From positions 150,001-182,000 of the forward strand of contig JAUQQN010000001.1 of assembly GCA_030549845.1 (NCBI GenBank): 32,000 nt of DNA, read 5' to 3'. This document shows positions 16,249-24,562 of the stretch, in pieces. Position 1 is the stretch's first letter. Each line of letters begins with the position of its first letter. Both the position numbers and the translations under genes were made by a program. This stretch comes from Patescibacteria group bacterium (lineage in GTDB: Bacteria > Patescibacteriota > Minisyncoccia > UBA6257 > HR35). Under the pieces are notes generated by a model. The model was not told the DNA's origin and ran no database searches. It saw only the letters and a program-made list of their open reading frames with translations.

Positions 16249-16506
16249 TTATTTAAAAGAAGGTACAAATGTTTGTATTGTTTTTAAAATTATTTCTTTA
16301 TTTAGAAATACTAAACTTATTAAAATTAATCCCAATATTATATAAATTAATGCTTTTTTAACTTCACCAAAGTTTTTCGATGAAAAATATGTCTTTATAC
16401 CTAAATAAATTATAAAAAAACTAGAAATAAGTAGAGCGAACTTTAATAAAAAATTGGTTAAATTTTCCAAAATAGAGAGAATTTTATCCAAAAATGGAAA
16501 ATACAT
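16249..16506 (-). CDS. Small two-TM protein, VirB2/TrbC-type pilin-like
   Basis: 85 aa. The layout is helix (FALLISSFFIIYLGI), loop (SSKNFGEVKK), helix (ALIYIILGLILISLVF). Its start overlaps the upstream stop by 1 nt. Confidence 0.5.
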   Translation of the reverse strand: MYFPFLDKILSILENLTNFLLKFALLISSFFIIYLGIKTYFSSKNFGEVKKALIYIILGLILISLVFLNKEIILKTIQTFVPSFK

Positions 16507-16790
16507 TACTTAAAGAAAGAAATTAGGATAGCTTGAATAGAAAAGGATGCGATTATTAACACTAATCCTACAATAATTAGTGGAACTTCTTCTTTAAATC
16601 CTTTCCCTGGATTTACCATATATTTAAAGCCAGAATACATTAAAATACCTATACCACTTACCATTCCTATCCAATAAAAAATATTAATTACTCCAATGAG
16701 TTTACAAATAAAATAATTTATGCCTTCTTGCTGAGCACAACCTATTTCCCCTCTAAACCTAATTGCTTGGGCAAAAACTAAGCTTATCAT
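16506..16790 (-). CDS. Small two-TM protein, VirB2/TrbC-type pilin-like
   Basis: 94 aa. The layout is helix (IFYWIGMVSGIGILMYSGFKYM), loop (NPGKGFKEE), helix (VPLIIVGLVLIIASF). It has a 4-nt ATGA overlap with the upstream gene. Confidence 0.55.
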   Translation of the reverse strand: MISLVFAQAIRFRGEIGCAQQEGINYFICKLIGVINIFYWIGMVSGIGILMYSGFKYMVNPGKGFKEEVPLIIVGLVLIIASFSIQAILISFFK

Positions 16791-18439
16791 AAACCTAATA
16801 TTTGCTTAATGATATTCCAACCACTACCTCCAGGTGTATAAATTTTCCCTGTTTCTATATCGAAGACTTGACTAAACGGCTTATCTGGAAATTCTGAATT
16901 TGTAATTTCAACTTCACATTGGCCTTTATAATCATAAAATTGAATATATAAAAATCCTAATGTATTACCTGGAGGAGAAATATATTTAGGAACTCTATAT
17001 AGAGATTTTCCCTTTTCATAACTCAAGGTTATTTGGAAATCTCTGTTAAACAGGTATAAAGAAGTTGCCTTTGTTTTATCAAAATTAAAACTTGAAACAC
17101 TTGTTCCCCTCATAACCCCATATAATGTACAATTCCCATTTTTTTTAGGAGTAGGTTGAACTTCATATTCTATATACATTGAAAAAGGAGGTTGATATAT
17201 ATTCCTTTGCAAAACTGTGATTCCTAATAACTGCTCTAAAGCATCTTTCAAGTTATCGGGCATTTCTACCCTTATATATTGAGAAGCATAAATTATAAGT
17301 TTGTCTCCTTTTATTGTTAATTTTGGTAGCTCCTCAACAACAACTTCAACTTTTGGTCGATATTGAATATCAAGATAGGTAATATTCAAATTACAGTTAT
17401 TTGATTGGAATGCAACTCTTACAAAATCACCTGGCTCAATATGGTTCCCTAGCTCAGCTTCTATATATTGGGAACCAAAAATATTAGGTTCTATTTTTGA
17501 AAACAAATTTTTACCTTTTGTTTTATTGTAAAAAGTAAGCGTTAATTCACATGTATCCTTAGAAGAAACAAAAACAAAAAATCTTCCATTTTCATCTATT
17601 TTTGCAGTATTTGTATCTATTATTAGAGTACCAGAAGCAGTGCCACTAGGTAAAATAGATTGAGTAGTATCTGGAATGGGTTGAGTAATATCTGGAATAG
17701 GTTGAGCAGTGTCTGTAGTAATTGGACCTAGTTCAGAAGGTGGTTGTAATGCTAAACCACCTGTTAACCATCTTTCTACTCCAATAACAATCGTAAATGA
17801 AACAATTCCTACTACAATACCTATTATCCCCCATTGGACTCTTTTATGAACATCACTAACTTGGCTAGGTTTTGTAATATATAAAATGCCAGCCCACATT
17901 AAAAACAAAACCCCTAAAGCTAGAGATAAGGTATATAATATCCTTAAGCCTTTATCAAAAAGAAACAACAAACATTGACCAATTCCTCTTTCGCATTCAC
18001 GAATAGTAGGAAATCCTCTTAGATATTCTGATGGAGCTATATATAATTTTTCCAGCTGACCATTTTCTATTTGTACATTCAATACTTTAAATCCTCGGTA
18101 TTGTTGTAAACTAGGAGGTGGATCTATTAAAATTAATTCTGCTGCCTCTATTATTAAGTTACTCCAATTTCCGTAAGTCTCTCTAACTGCATCATTGACA
18201 TTTATGTTAGGATCTGTACTTTCAATGCTATTACCTCTAACCTCGAATGTTCCTTCACCATATCTATTATTCAAAAGCTCAGCCATTTTTTCTCTTATCA
18301 AACGCCTTAAACCTTCATCTACATTTATTCCCTGCACTGTCTTTATGCCCCATTGAAAAGGATTAAAATATTGAGTAACTTGAGCAAAAGTGATATTACT
18401 GAATATTAGCAAAATAACTAAAAGTAAAATTTTTTTCAT
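16787..18439 (-). CDS. Large surface protein: signal peptide, N-terminal domain, internal pilin-like two-TM module, PIPD repeats and a C-terminal extracellular domain
   Basis: 550 aa. It has a signal peptide (MKKILLLVILLIFSNITFA). An internal module (LRILYTLSLALGVLFLMWAGILYITKP...RVQWGIIGIVVGIVSFTIV) is similar to the neighbouring pilin-like proteins. A repeat AQPIPDI/TQPIPDT/TQSILPS follows, then about 290 aa rich in beta-strand-type residues. Confidence 0.6.
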   Translation of the reverse strand: MKKILLLVILLIFSNITFAQVTQYFNPFQWGIKTVQGINVDEGLRRLIREKMAELLNNRYGEGTFEVRGNSIESTDPNINVNDAVRETYGNWSNLIIEAAELILIDPPPSLQQYRGFKVLNVQIENGQLEKLYIAPSEYLRGFPTIRECERGIGQCLLFLFDKGLRILYTLSLALGVLFLMWAGILYITKPSQVSDVHKRVQWGIIGIVVGIVSFTIVIGVERWLTGGLALQPPSELGPITTDTAQPIPDITQPIPDTTQSILPSGTASGTLIIDTNTAKIDENGRFFVFVSSKDTCELTLTFYNKTKGKNLFSKIEPNIFGSQYIEAELGNHIEPGDFVRVAFQSNNCNLNITYLDIQYRPKVEVVVEELPKLTIKGDKLIIYASQYIRVEMPDNLKDALEQLLGITVLQRNIYQPPFSMYIEYEVQPTPKKNGNCTLYGVMRGTSVSSFNFDKTKATSLYLFNRDFQITLSYEKGKSLYRVPKYISPPGNTLGFLYIQFYDYKGQCEVEITNSEFPDKPFSQVFDIETGKIYTPGGSGWNIIKQILGL

Positions 18440-18440
18440 T

Positions 18441-19094
18441 TTAATGAGTTAAACTAAATTCAATTGCTTTAACAATTGAAAAAGCAGCAACTGTAAAAAT
18501 TGCTCCGATTATTGCCCAAGTAATATAATTCCAACCTTCTCTATCGCCTGGTTTTAAATATAACTTCATTCCTCCATAAATTATAAAACCTATTGCTGAA
18601 AGCATAGATACAGTATACAGAACTGTTAAAATTTTAGTAATAAACCAAAGAAAGCATCTTCCTAATAAGCCAGGTGGGGTAGGTTTTCCTCCTAAGATAT
18701 CAAAAATATTTATTCCTGTGCAATTAATTCTCGGAGGTTGAAAACTTAATTGTTGAGCATAAGCTATATTAAATATAAAATCTATTCTCCAATTAGAGAC
18801 CGTATATTCAATAAGTTTAACTAATCCCCAAGAAATTAAAGCTAAAGCTAAACCTAAAGAAGCCCAAATTAATCTATTCTTTACATCTTGTTGTGCTTTT
18901 TGGGCTTGAACTATAAGAATTATTCCTGCCCACATAATCATAATTACAGCCAATGCACCAGAAAGCCATGTCAAAATTTTTAATGCAACATAAAAAACTA
19001 ATAAAGCACAAGAAGTTAAATCTTGGCAAATAACTGGAACAGGAAAAATTCTATTGCTAAATATCCCAAAATCTGGATTAAATGGATAAGGCAT
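18441..19094 (-). CDS. Tandem-duplicated VirB2/TrbC-type pilin-like protein (two two-TM modules)
   Basis: 217 aa. Module 1 is LKILTWLSGALAVIMIMWAGIILIV...NRLIWASLGLALALISWGLVKLIE. Module 2 is TKILTVLYTVSMLSAIGFIIYGGMKLY...WNYITWAIIGAIFTVAAFSIVKAIE. Confidence 0.65.
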   Translation of the reverse strand: MPYPFNPDFGIFSNRIFPVPVICQDLTSCALLVFYVALKILTWLSGALAVIMIMWAGIILIVQAQKAQQDVKNRLIWASLGLALALISWGLVKLIEYTVSNWRIDFIFNIAYAQQLSFQPPRINCTGINIFDILGGKPTPPGLLGRCFLWFITKILTVLYTVSMLSAIGFIIYGGMKLYLKPGDREGWNYITWAIIGAIFTVAAFSIVKAIEFSLTH

Positions 19095-19114
19095 TCAATT
19101 TATTTTTATTATTT

Positions 19115-19495
19115 TTAAAATCCAGGCTGTCCTGTAACTACAAGATTTTCTACAAACTTAACTACAGCCCAAGCAAGTAATGCTATAGCCAAACCAGCTG
19201 CTCCGTATATCAACCTATTTTTACCTTCATCAATTTTTGCTTGGATTATAACTTGTATTCCTCCCCAAATTATGTATATAACTGCAAAAGCACCTGCTGC
19301 CCACATTAGAATTCTTAAAACCCATGTAAAGACTTGTAAAAGAACTTCACCTAGAGTTCTTCCTTGTAAAAAACCAGATTCTGGTGGTAGTTCGCGTATA
19401 GGCCATTCTCCTCCTTGCCCATAAACTAAGCCAAGGTTTCCTAAAAATAAGATTAATAGTAAAATTGCACTTAATCTAAGGGTTTTTTTACTCAT
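19115..19495 (-). CDS. VirB2/TrbC-type pilin-like protein with signal peptide
   Basis: 126 aa. It has a signal peptide (LSAILLLILFLGNLGLVYGQ). The module is LRILMWAAGAFAVIYIIWGGIQVI...GKNRLIYGAAGLAIALLAWAVVKFVE. Confidence 0.7.
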   Translation of the reverse strand: MSKKTLRLSAILLLILFLGNLGLVYGQGGEWPIRELPPESGFLQGRTLGEVLLQVFTWVLRILMWAAGAFAVIYIIWGGIQVIIQAKIDEGKNRLIYGAAGLAIALLAWAVVKFVENLVVTGQPGF

Positions 19496-19572
19496 TTTAT
19501 TAATTTAAAATTAATGCGACCTAGTTTTAATTAAAAAAATTTTAAACCATTCAATATCTTCTTTTTCAAAAA

Positions 19573-19585
19573 TTGTGGATAACTT
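19573..19585 (+). promoter_or_regulatory. Second copy of the 13-mer TTGTGGATAACTT (DnaA-box complement)
   Basis: Identical to 13626-13638. It lies 18 nt upstream of the comM ATG. A TAAAAT at 19591-19596 sits only 6 nt before the ATG, which would give a leaderless or near-leaderless transcript. Confidence 0.4.
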
Positions 19586-19602
19586 CATAGTAAAATTATT
19601 TA

Positions 19603-21105
19603 ATGTTTTCAAGGGTGTTTTCAGCAATTTTAGAAGGTTTGGAAGGAAAAATAGTAGAAGTTGAAACAGGTTTATTGCCTGGGTTAACTTCATTTTCTAT
19701 TGTTGGACTTCCAGATAAAGCTATACAAGAAGCAAAAGAGCGAATAACATTAGCTTTAAAAAGCATAAATGCAAAACCTCCTTTAAAATTCAATAGAAAA
19801 ATCATAGTAAATTTAGCTCCTGCAGATATTAAAAAAGAGGGGTCTATTTTAGATTTAGCAATAGCTATAAGTTTTCTTATATCAACAAAACAAATTTCTC
19901 AAATTAAAAAGAAAATATTATTTTTAGGAGAACTTTCACTAGATGGGAAATTAAGAAAGGTTAAAGGTGCTTTGCCTATTATTTTATCTTTACATAAGTA
20001 TTTTGAAGAAGTATATCTACCAAAGGAAAATCTTAATGAAGTTAAATTTTTAAAAATAGAAAATCTTTATCTATTTGATTCATTAAAAGAAGTTATAGAC
20101 CATTTAGAAGGGACGAATAAAAAAGAACCTTTTAAAAACGAAGAATTTGAAGAGATGGAAGAGAATTTTGATGAATTAGAGTTTATAAAAATTACAAATT
20201 TTCTATTAAGAGCAATAATCATCTCAGCATCGGGAAGACATAATTTAATCCTTTATGGGCCTCCTGGAACAGGTAAAACTTTAATAGCAAGAAATATTGT
20301 AAGTTTATTGCCAAGGTTAAACTATGAAGAAAGTTTAGAGGTGACAAGCATATATAGTGCTGCAAATAAACTAAAAGAAGGATTTATACTTAATCCACCA
20401 TTTAGAAACCCACATCATACAGCTTCTGCAGTAGCAATTTTAGGTGGTGGCCAAAACCCTAAACCAGGAGAAGTTACTTTAGCACATAAAGGGGTCTTAT
20501 TTTTAGACGAGCTACCAGAATTCAGAAGAGATGTATTAGAGGGCTTAAGAGAACCTTTAGAAAATGGGGAAATTACTATTGCAAGAAGCAATAAAATCAT
20601 AAAATTTCCTGCTAAGTTTATGTTTGTAGCTGCTTATAATCCTTGCCCGTGTGGATTTTATGGAGATAACGAAAAAGAATGTATTTGCACAATATCTGAA
20701 ATTAAAAAATATCATAAAAAATTATCTGGGCCTTTAATGGATAGAATTGATATGAAATTAAACGTACCACGATTAAAAAGTGAAGAAGTATTCAAAGATA
20801 ATTCGATAAATTTTCATAAAATTAAAGAGGTAATTTTAGAATTGAAAGAAAAACAAATTAAAAGACAAGGCAAATTCAACAGCGAATTAAATTTAAAAGA
20901 AATCAAGGAGTTTTGTAAATTGGAATTTGAAGCAGAAAGATTAATTCAAAAATCAATAGATTCCTTAAAGCTTTCTCTAAGAAGCATACATAAAATAATA
21001 AAGGTTGCAAGGACTATTGCTGATTTAGAAAATAAAGATAAAATAGAAAAAGACCATATCGGCGAAGCTATTCAGTATAGATCAACAGAGAATATTGATT
21101 TATAA
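19603..21105 (+). CDS. comM: Mg-chelatase-like AAA+ protein ComM/YifB
   Basis: 500 aa. The N-terminal Lon-protease-like domain starts MFSRVFSAILEGLEGKIVEVE. Walker A is GPPGTGKT and Walker B is VLFLDELPEF. The Cys cluster NPCPCGFYG...CIC and the C-terminal AR(T)IADL are present. Confidence 0.9.
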   Translation: MFSRVFSAILEGLEGKIVEVETGLLPGLTSFSIVGLPDKAIQEAKERITLALKSINAKPPLKFNRKIIVNLAPADIKKEGSILDLAIAISFLISTKQISQIKKKILFLGELSLDGKLRKVKGALPIILSLHKYFEEVYLPKENLNEVKFLKIENLYLFDSLKEVIDHLEGTNKKEPFKNEEFEEMEENFDELEFIKITNFLLRAIIISASGRHNLILYGPPGTGKTLIARNIVSLLPRLNYEESLEVTSIYSAANKLKEGFILNPPFRNPHHTASAVAILGGGQNPKPGEVTLAHKGVLFLDELPEFRRDVLEGLREPLENGEITIARSNKIIKFPAKFMFVAAYNPCPCGFYGDNEKECICTISEIKKYHKKLSGPLMDRIDMKLNVPRLKSEEVFKDNSINFHKIKEVILELKEKQIKRQGKFNSELNLKEIKEFCKLEFEAERLIQKSIDSLKLSLRSIHKIIKVARTIADLENKDKIEKDHIGEAIQYRSTENIDL

Positions 21106-21114
21106 TTGTATTTG

Positions 21115-22242
21115 ATGATAATTTTGAAAGAAAGAAATTTAATTAGAAAAAATAAAAACTTGATAAAAGATAAAAAAATTTTGTTAAGAGTTGATTATAA
21201 TGTCGAAATAAAAAAGGGAAAGATACTAGATGACTATAGAATAAAAGAAAGCCTGGAAACTATAAGATTTCTCCAAAAAAATAAAGCAAAGCAAATAATA
21301 TTAATTACTCATTTTGGAAGACCTAAAAAGCAAGAAAGGGAATTTTCAATAAGAAAATTATTACCTTTTTTAAAAAGAATATTTAAAAATATCAAATATT
21401 TTTATTGGCGTCCTGGTTTGAATGTGCCAGAATATCCTTTGATTATTTTAGAAAATATAAGGTTTTTTAAAGAAGAAGAAAGAAATGATGAAAAATTTGC
21501 AAAAGAGCTAAGCAAATTAGGAGATTTGTACATAAATGATGCCTTTTCTACAAGCCATCGAAAACATGCATCTTTAGATAAAATTAAAAAATTCATTCCT
21601 TATTATTTTGGTTTAAATTTTGAAAAAGAAATCAATAATCTAAATTTAGTTTTTGAATTTTTTAAAAAAAATAAAAGTGTAGGTGTTGTTATTGGAGGAA
21701 TAAAATTTGAAACAAAAATAAAATTAATAGAAAAATTTTTAGAAAAGGCTGAATTAATTATTTTGGTAGGTGGCCTTGCTAATACATTTTTAAAAGCTAA
21801 AGGCTTTGAAGTAGGTTCTTCGATATTTGATGAAGAATATTTAAATTACATAAAAAAATTTTATTCTTCTAAGTTATTATTACCTTTTGATTTTATAACT
21901 CAAAGAGGGCATTTGTATTTAGGAGAAATTAAAGGAACTGATATTATTTATGACACAGGTTATATAAGCATAAACATATTTCTAGAAGAGTTGAAGAAAG
22001 TAAAACTTGTAATATGGAATGGCCCATTGGGGAAAATAGAAAAAAAAGAATATAAAAAAGGCAGCCTAACCTTTGCCAAAGGTTTAAAGGAGATTAATAA
22101 CAAAAAAATAATTGGAGGAGGAGAAACTTTATCAATAGCAAATAAAATTTTTAAAAATGATAAAAATACATTTTTATCAACCGGAGGAGGTGCTATGCTT
22201 TATTATTTGGCAAATGGTAATTTACCGATATTTGAAAAATAA
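21115..22242 (+). CDS. pgk: Phosphoglycerate kinase
   Basis: The track ORF begins at the TTG at 21106; the first ATG is at 21115. It has LLRVDYNV, ITHFGRPK, LENIRFF..EE, NDAFSTSHR, and STGGGAML near the C-terminus. Confidence 0.88.
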   Translation: MIILKERNLIRKNKNLIKDKKILLRVDYNVEIKKGKILDDYRIKESLETIRFLQKNKAKQIILITHFGRPKKQEREFSIRKLLPFLKRIFKNIKYFYWRPGLNVPEYPLIILENIRFFKEEERNDEKFAKELSKLGDLYINDAFSTSHRKHASLDKIKKFIPYYFGLNFEKEINNLNLVFEFFKKNKSVGVVIGGIKFETKIKLIEKFLEKAELIILVGGLANTFLKAKGFEVGSSIFDEEYLNYIKKFYSSKLLLPFDFITQRGHLYLGEIKGTDIIYDTGYISINIFLEELKKVKLVIWNGPLGKIEKKEYKKGSLTFAKGLKEINNKKIIGGGETLSIANKIFKNDKNTFLSTGGGAMLYYLANGNLPIFEK

Positions 22243-23054
22243 TGCTTGAAATTTTAAGTTATCCATTTTTCCACAATGCATTAATTTCAATGATACTTTT
22301 AAGTTCTATTCTTTCTATATTAGGAATTTTTTTGATTTTAAAAAGGGGAGTCTTTATAGCTGATGCATTAGCTCATTCCTCTTTATTGGGAGTTGGACTA
22401 AGTTTTTTAGTGGGCTTAAATTATTTTTTTACAACTATTTTTTACTTAATACTATGTGCTATCTTAATTTTCTTAATAGAGAAAAAATCTTTATTGAATT
22501 ATGATCTTTTGATAATGATAATGGCAATATTAGGAATAGCAGGCGGTGTTTTAATACTAAGCACCTCTTTTGCAAAATCTTCTTTAATTAGTTTTTTATT
22601 TGGAAACATTCTCTTAATAGATAAATTAGATGTCATAGTTTTATTTTTGATTTTTTCTGCTGTTTTAACTTTATTTAAACTATATGGGAAAGATACTCTT
22701 TTAACTTTCATTAATAAAGACTTAGCCTATACAGAAAATATAAAAGTAGATGCTATAAATTTATTTTTCATTATTATTCTCTCTATAGTAATCGGAGTAA
22801 GCATAAAAATGATAGGAGTGCTTCTTGTAAGTTCACTTCTAGTTCTTCCTGTATCTATCTCAAAATTAATTTCTCAATCTTTTAAAGGGCTAGTCTTAAA
22901 TTCAATTTTATGGGCGGAGCTTATTGGAATTAATGGCTTATTTATTTCTTATTTTTTGAACCTTCCTCCTGGTCCAGTAATAGCATTTCTAGGAATTTTG
23001 ATATTAGCTATTTTTTTGACAATTAAAAATTTAAATGTTAAAATTTTAAAATAA
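22242..23054 (+). CDS. Metal (Zn/Mn) ABC transporter permease, ABC-3 family (ZnuB/MntB-like)
   Basis: 270 aa with about 8 TM. The N-terminus (YPFFHNALISMILLSSILSILGIFLILKR..FIADALAHSSLLGV) is typical of the family. It shares a 1-nt TAATG overlap with pgk. No ATPase or binding-protein gene is adjacent. Confidence 0.8.
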   Translation: MLEILSYPFFHNALISMILLSSILSILGIFLILKRGVFIADALAHSSLLGVGLSFLVGLNYFFTTIFYLILCAILIFLIEKKSLLNYDLLIMIMAILGIAGGVLILSTSFAKSSLISFLFGNILLIDKLDVIVLFLIFSAVLTLFKLYGKDTLLTFINKDLAYTENIKVDAINLFFIIILSIVIGVSIKMIGVLLVSSLLVLPVSISKLISQSFKGLVLNSILWAELIGINGLFISYFLNLPPGPVIAFLGILILAIFLTIKNLNVKILK

Positions 23055-23055
23055 A

Positions 23056-23313
23056 ATGGAAGATTACAAAAATGTAACAAAAATTTTAGTTTGGATAGTT
23101 GTAGTAAGTACTGTTGCTTACTTTGTTTTGCTTCCTGTAAGTTTTACAAGACCTAATCCTACACGAATTTCTCCAGAAAAACCGAAAGAAGCATTAAAAG
23201 CAAATCCCTTAAATATACTAAATTTAAACATCACTCCAAATGAAAGTACTTCTACGCCAACTTCTTCAGAAGATCTAAAACTTCCTAAACCATTAATGGA
23301 GCTTGGGGAATAA
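23056..23313 (+). CDS. Small single-TM protein with a Pro/Ser/Thr-rich tail
   Basis: 85 aa with a TM (ILVWIVVVSTVAYFVLLPV). It starts 1 nt after the permease stop. Its 3' end overlaps the convergent gene by 21 nt. Confidence 0.4.
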   Translation: MEDYKNVTKILVWIVVVSTVAYFVLLPVSFTRPNPTRISPEKPKEALKANPLNILNLNITPNESTSTPTSSEDLKLPKPLMELGE

Positions 23314-24264
23314 AGTTTTTGAAAATTCTAAGGGGTCAAAACCTACTACAGAAAAAGCATAAATTTCTAAAGCCCCTATATCAGAATTGATTTTTGAACT
23401 TTCTCCCCTATCTACTAAAAATCCAATTTTAATAGATGCAGATTCACATAAAAGCAAATTAAAGTTTTCTACTTCTTCTTTGTAAGCACTTAACAAATTT
23501 GAAACTTCATCTAAAGAATTTTTTAAATCTTCAAAAATAAAAATTAATTCATTATCTTTAAACGGAGTAAGATTTATAAAAATTTTTAAATTATTCAACT
23601 TGTAAGAAAGGCCTAATAAGTCATAAAGCTTATAAAGGTCTTCAAAATACACAGTTTTAAAGTTTTCTTCATACTCTAAAATTTTTTTGTAAAAATATTC
23701 AATTTTTGCTGGTAGATAGTCAAAAGAAAAAATCTGAAAATGTGGATGTTCTATACTTGCTCCTGATCTAAATCCTAAATTCCAAATCAAAATATTAACT
23801 CTTCCATTTTTCCTTCCGAACCATTCTATAGAAATTTCTAACGCCTTTCTTATATCTTCTTTTGAAATATTTTCTTTATTATGCTCTTTAAAAATAATGA
23901 GAGAATGGTCTCTAGATATTTTCGCCAAATTTGATGCAGTTATAGCTTTTTCATTCTCTAACCTTCCTAAATCATCGTAGGGAGTTTCTTCTAAAGGATT
24001 ACAAAATGGATCATATTTATAACCTTCTTTTTCTTCCTTTTTAGGTTCTTTCCTTTTTGCTCTCCAAATATTAAAATGAGTTTCTTGATTTAAAATTTTA
24101 TTCTTGAAAATGATTATTCTTTGATTTTCAGCTTCCTTAAATTTTTCTTTCAGATTATTTGGAAAATACTGTTGAGCTTCTTCTATGCGAACCTCATAAA
24201 TTCTATCAAAAATTTTTTTAGCGCCTTCATCAAGTTTTTCTATTTTTCTTAAAAGTTCTTCCAT
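23293..24264 (-). CDS. GalT-like HIT-superfamily nucleotidyltransferase
   Basis: 323 aa. GASIEHPHFQIF matches the His-x-His-x-Gln active-site pattern of galactose-1-phosphate uridylyltransferase-type enzymes. An upstream DPFC sits where GalT has a metal-binding CPFC. Confidence 0.55.
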   Translation of the reverse strand: MEELLRKIEKLDEGAKKIFDRIYEVRIEEAQQYFPNNLKEKFKEAENQRIIIFKNKILNQETHFNIWRAKRKEPKKEEKEGYKYDPFCNPLEETPYDDLGRLENEKAITASNLAKISRDHSLIIFKEHNKENISKEDIRKALEISIEWFGRKNGRVNILIWNLGFRSGASIEHPHFQIFSFDYLPAKIEYFYKKILEYEENFKTVYFEDLYKLYDLLGLSYKLNNLKIFINLTPFKDNELIFIFEDLKNSLDEVSNLLSAYKEEVENFNLLLCESASIKIGFLVDRGESSKINSDIGALEIYAFSVVGFDPLEFSKTLFPKLH

Positions 24265-24294
24265 AAAAAAATTATATAATTTAAAATATAGGAT

Positions 24295-24380
24295 GGAGGG
24301 GTGCCGGAGTGGTCTAACGGGACGGCCTGGAGAGCCGTGGCCCTTTTAGGGTCTCGTGGGTTCGAATCCCACCCCCTCCG
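24295..24380 (+). tRNA. tRNA-Ser (anticodon GGA), class II with a long variable arm; CCA not encoded
   Basis: The fold was done by hand. The acceptor GGAGGGG pairs with CCCCTCC. The anticodon stem is ACGGC/GCCGT with loop CTGGAGA. A long variable arm is present. The T arm is GTGGG-TTCGAAT-CCCAC and the discriminator is G. Confidence 0.9.
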
Positions 24381-24398
24381 AAATTTACAAGTTTTCCC

Positions 24399-24427
24399 TT
24401 GACAGACAAAAATTATTTATTTAAAAT
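24399..24427 (+). promoter_or_regulatory. Sigma-70-type promoter upstream of the folE2-like operon leader
   Basis: TTGACA (24399-24404), a 17-nt spacer, then TAAAAT (24422-24427). Confidence 0.4.
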
Positions 24428-24486
24428 TTTTAAAATAATGCATAAAAGTTTAATAAATAATTGGATATTGATTTTGTTTATTATTA

Positions 24487-24562
24487 AAGGCCGGAGGGGT
24501 GCCGGTTAGTTAATTTTAAATATAAAAAGTGTTCTAAAGCCGGCACCCCGCCGGCTTTATTT
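24487..24562 (+). terminator. Long GC-rich hairpin with a T-rich tail (leader terminator/attenuator, or the tRNA-Ser terminator)
   Basis: gccggaggggtgccgg (24490-24505) pairs with ccggcaccccgccggc (24540-24555), 16 positions with one A/G mismatch. The loop is about 30 nt and AT-rich. It is followed by tttatttatt. Confidence 0.5.

Noticed and set aside
16005-19495. Calling the pilin-like cluster a complete type IV secretion or conjugation system
   Set aside because: No VirB4, VirD4 or VirB11 ATPase, VirB6, relaxase or coupling protein is in the window. Only the pilin-like components are supported.
13626-19585. Replication origin, suggested by DnaA-box matches and the presence of gyrB in the window
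   Set aside because: There are only two perfect boxes, about 6 kb apart, plus weak TTTTCCACA matches at 4724-4732 and inside the permease gene near 22270. There is no box cluster, no AT-rich unwinding repeats next to them, and no dnaA or dnaN in the window.
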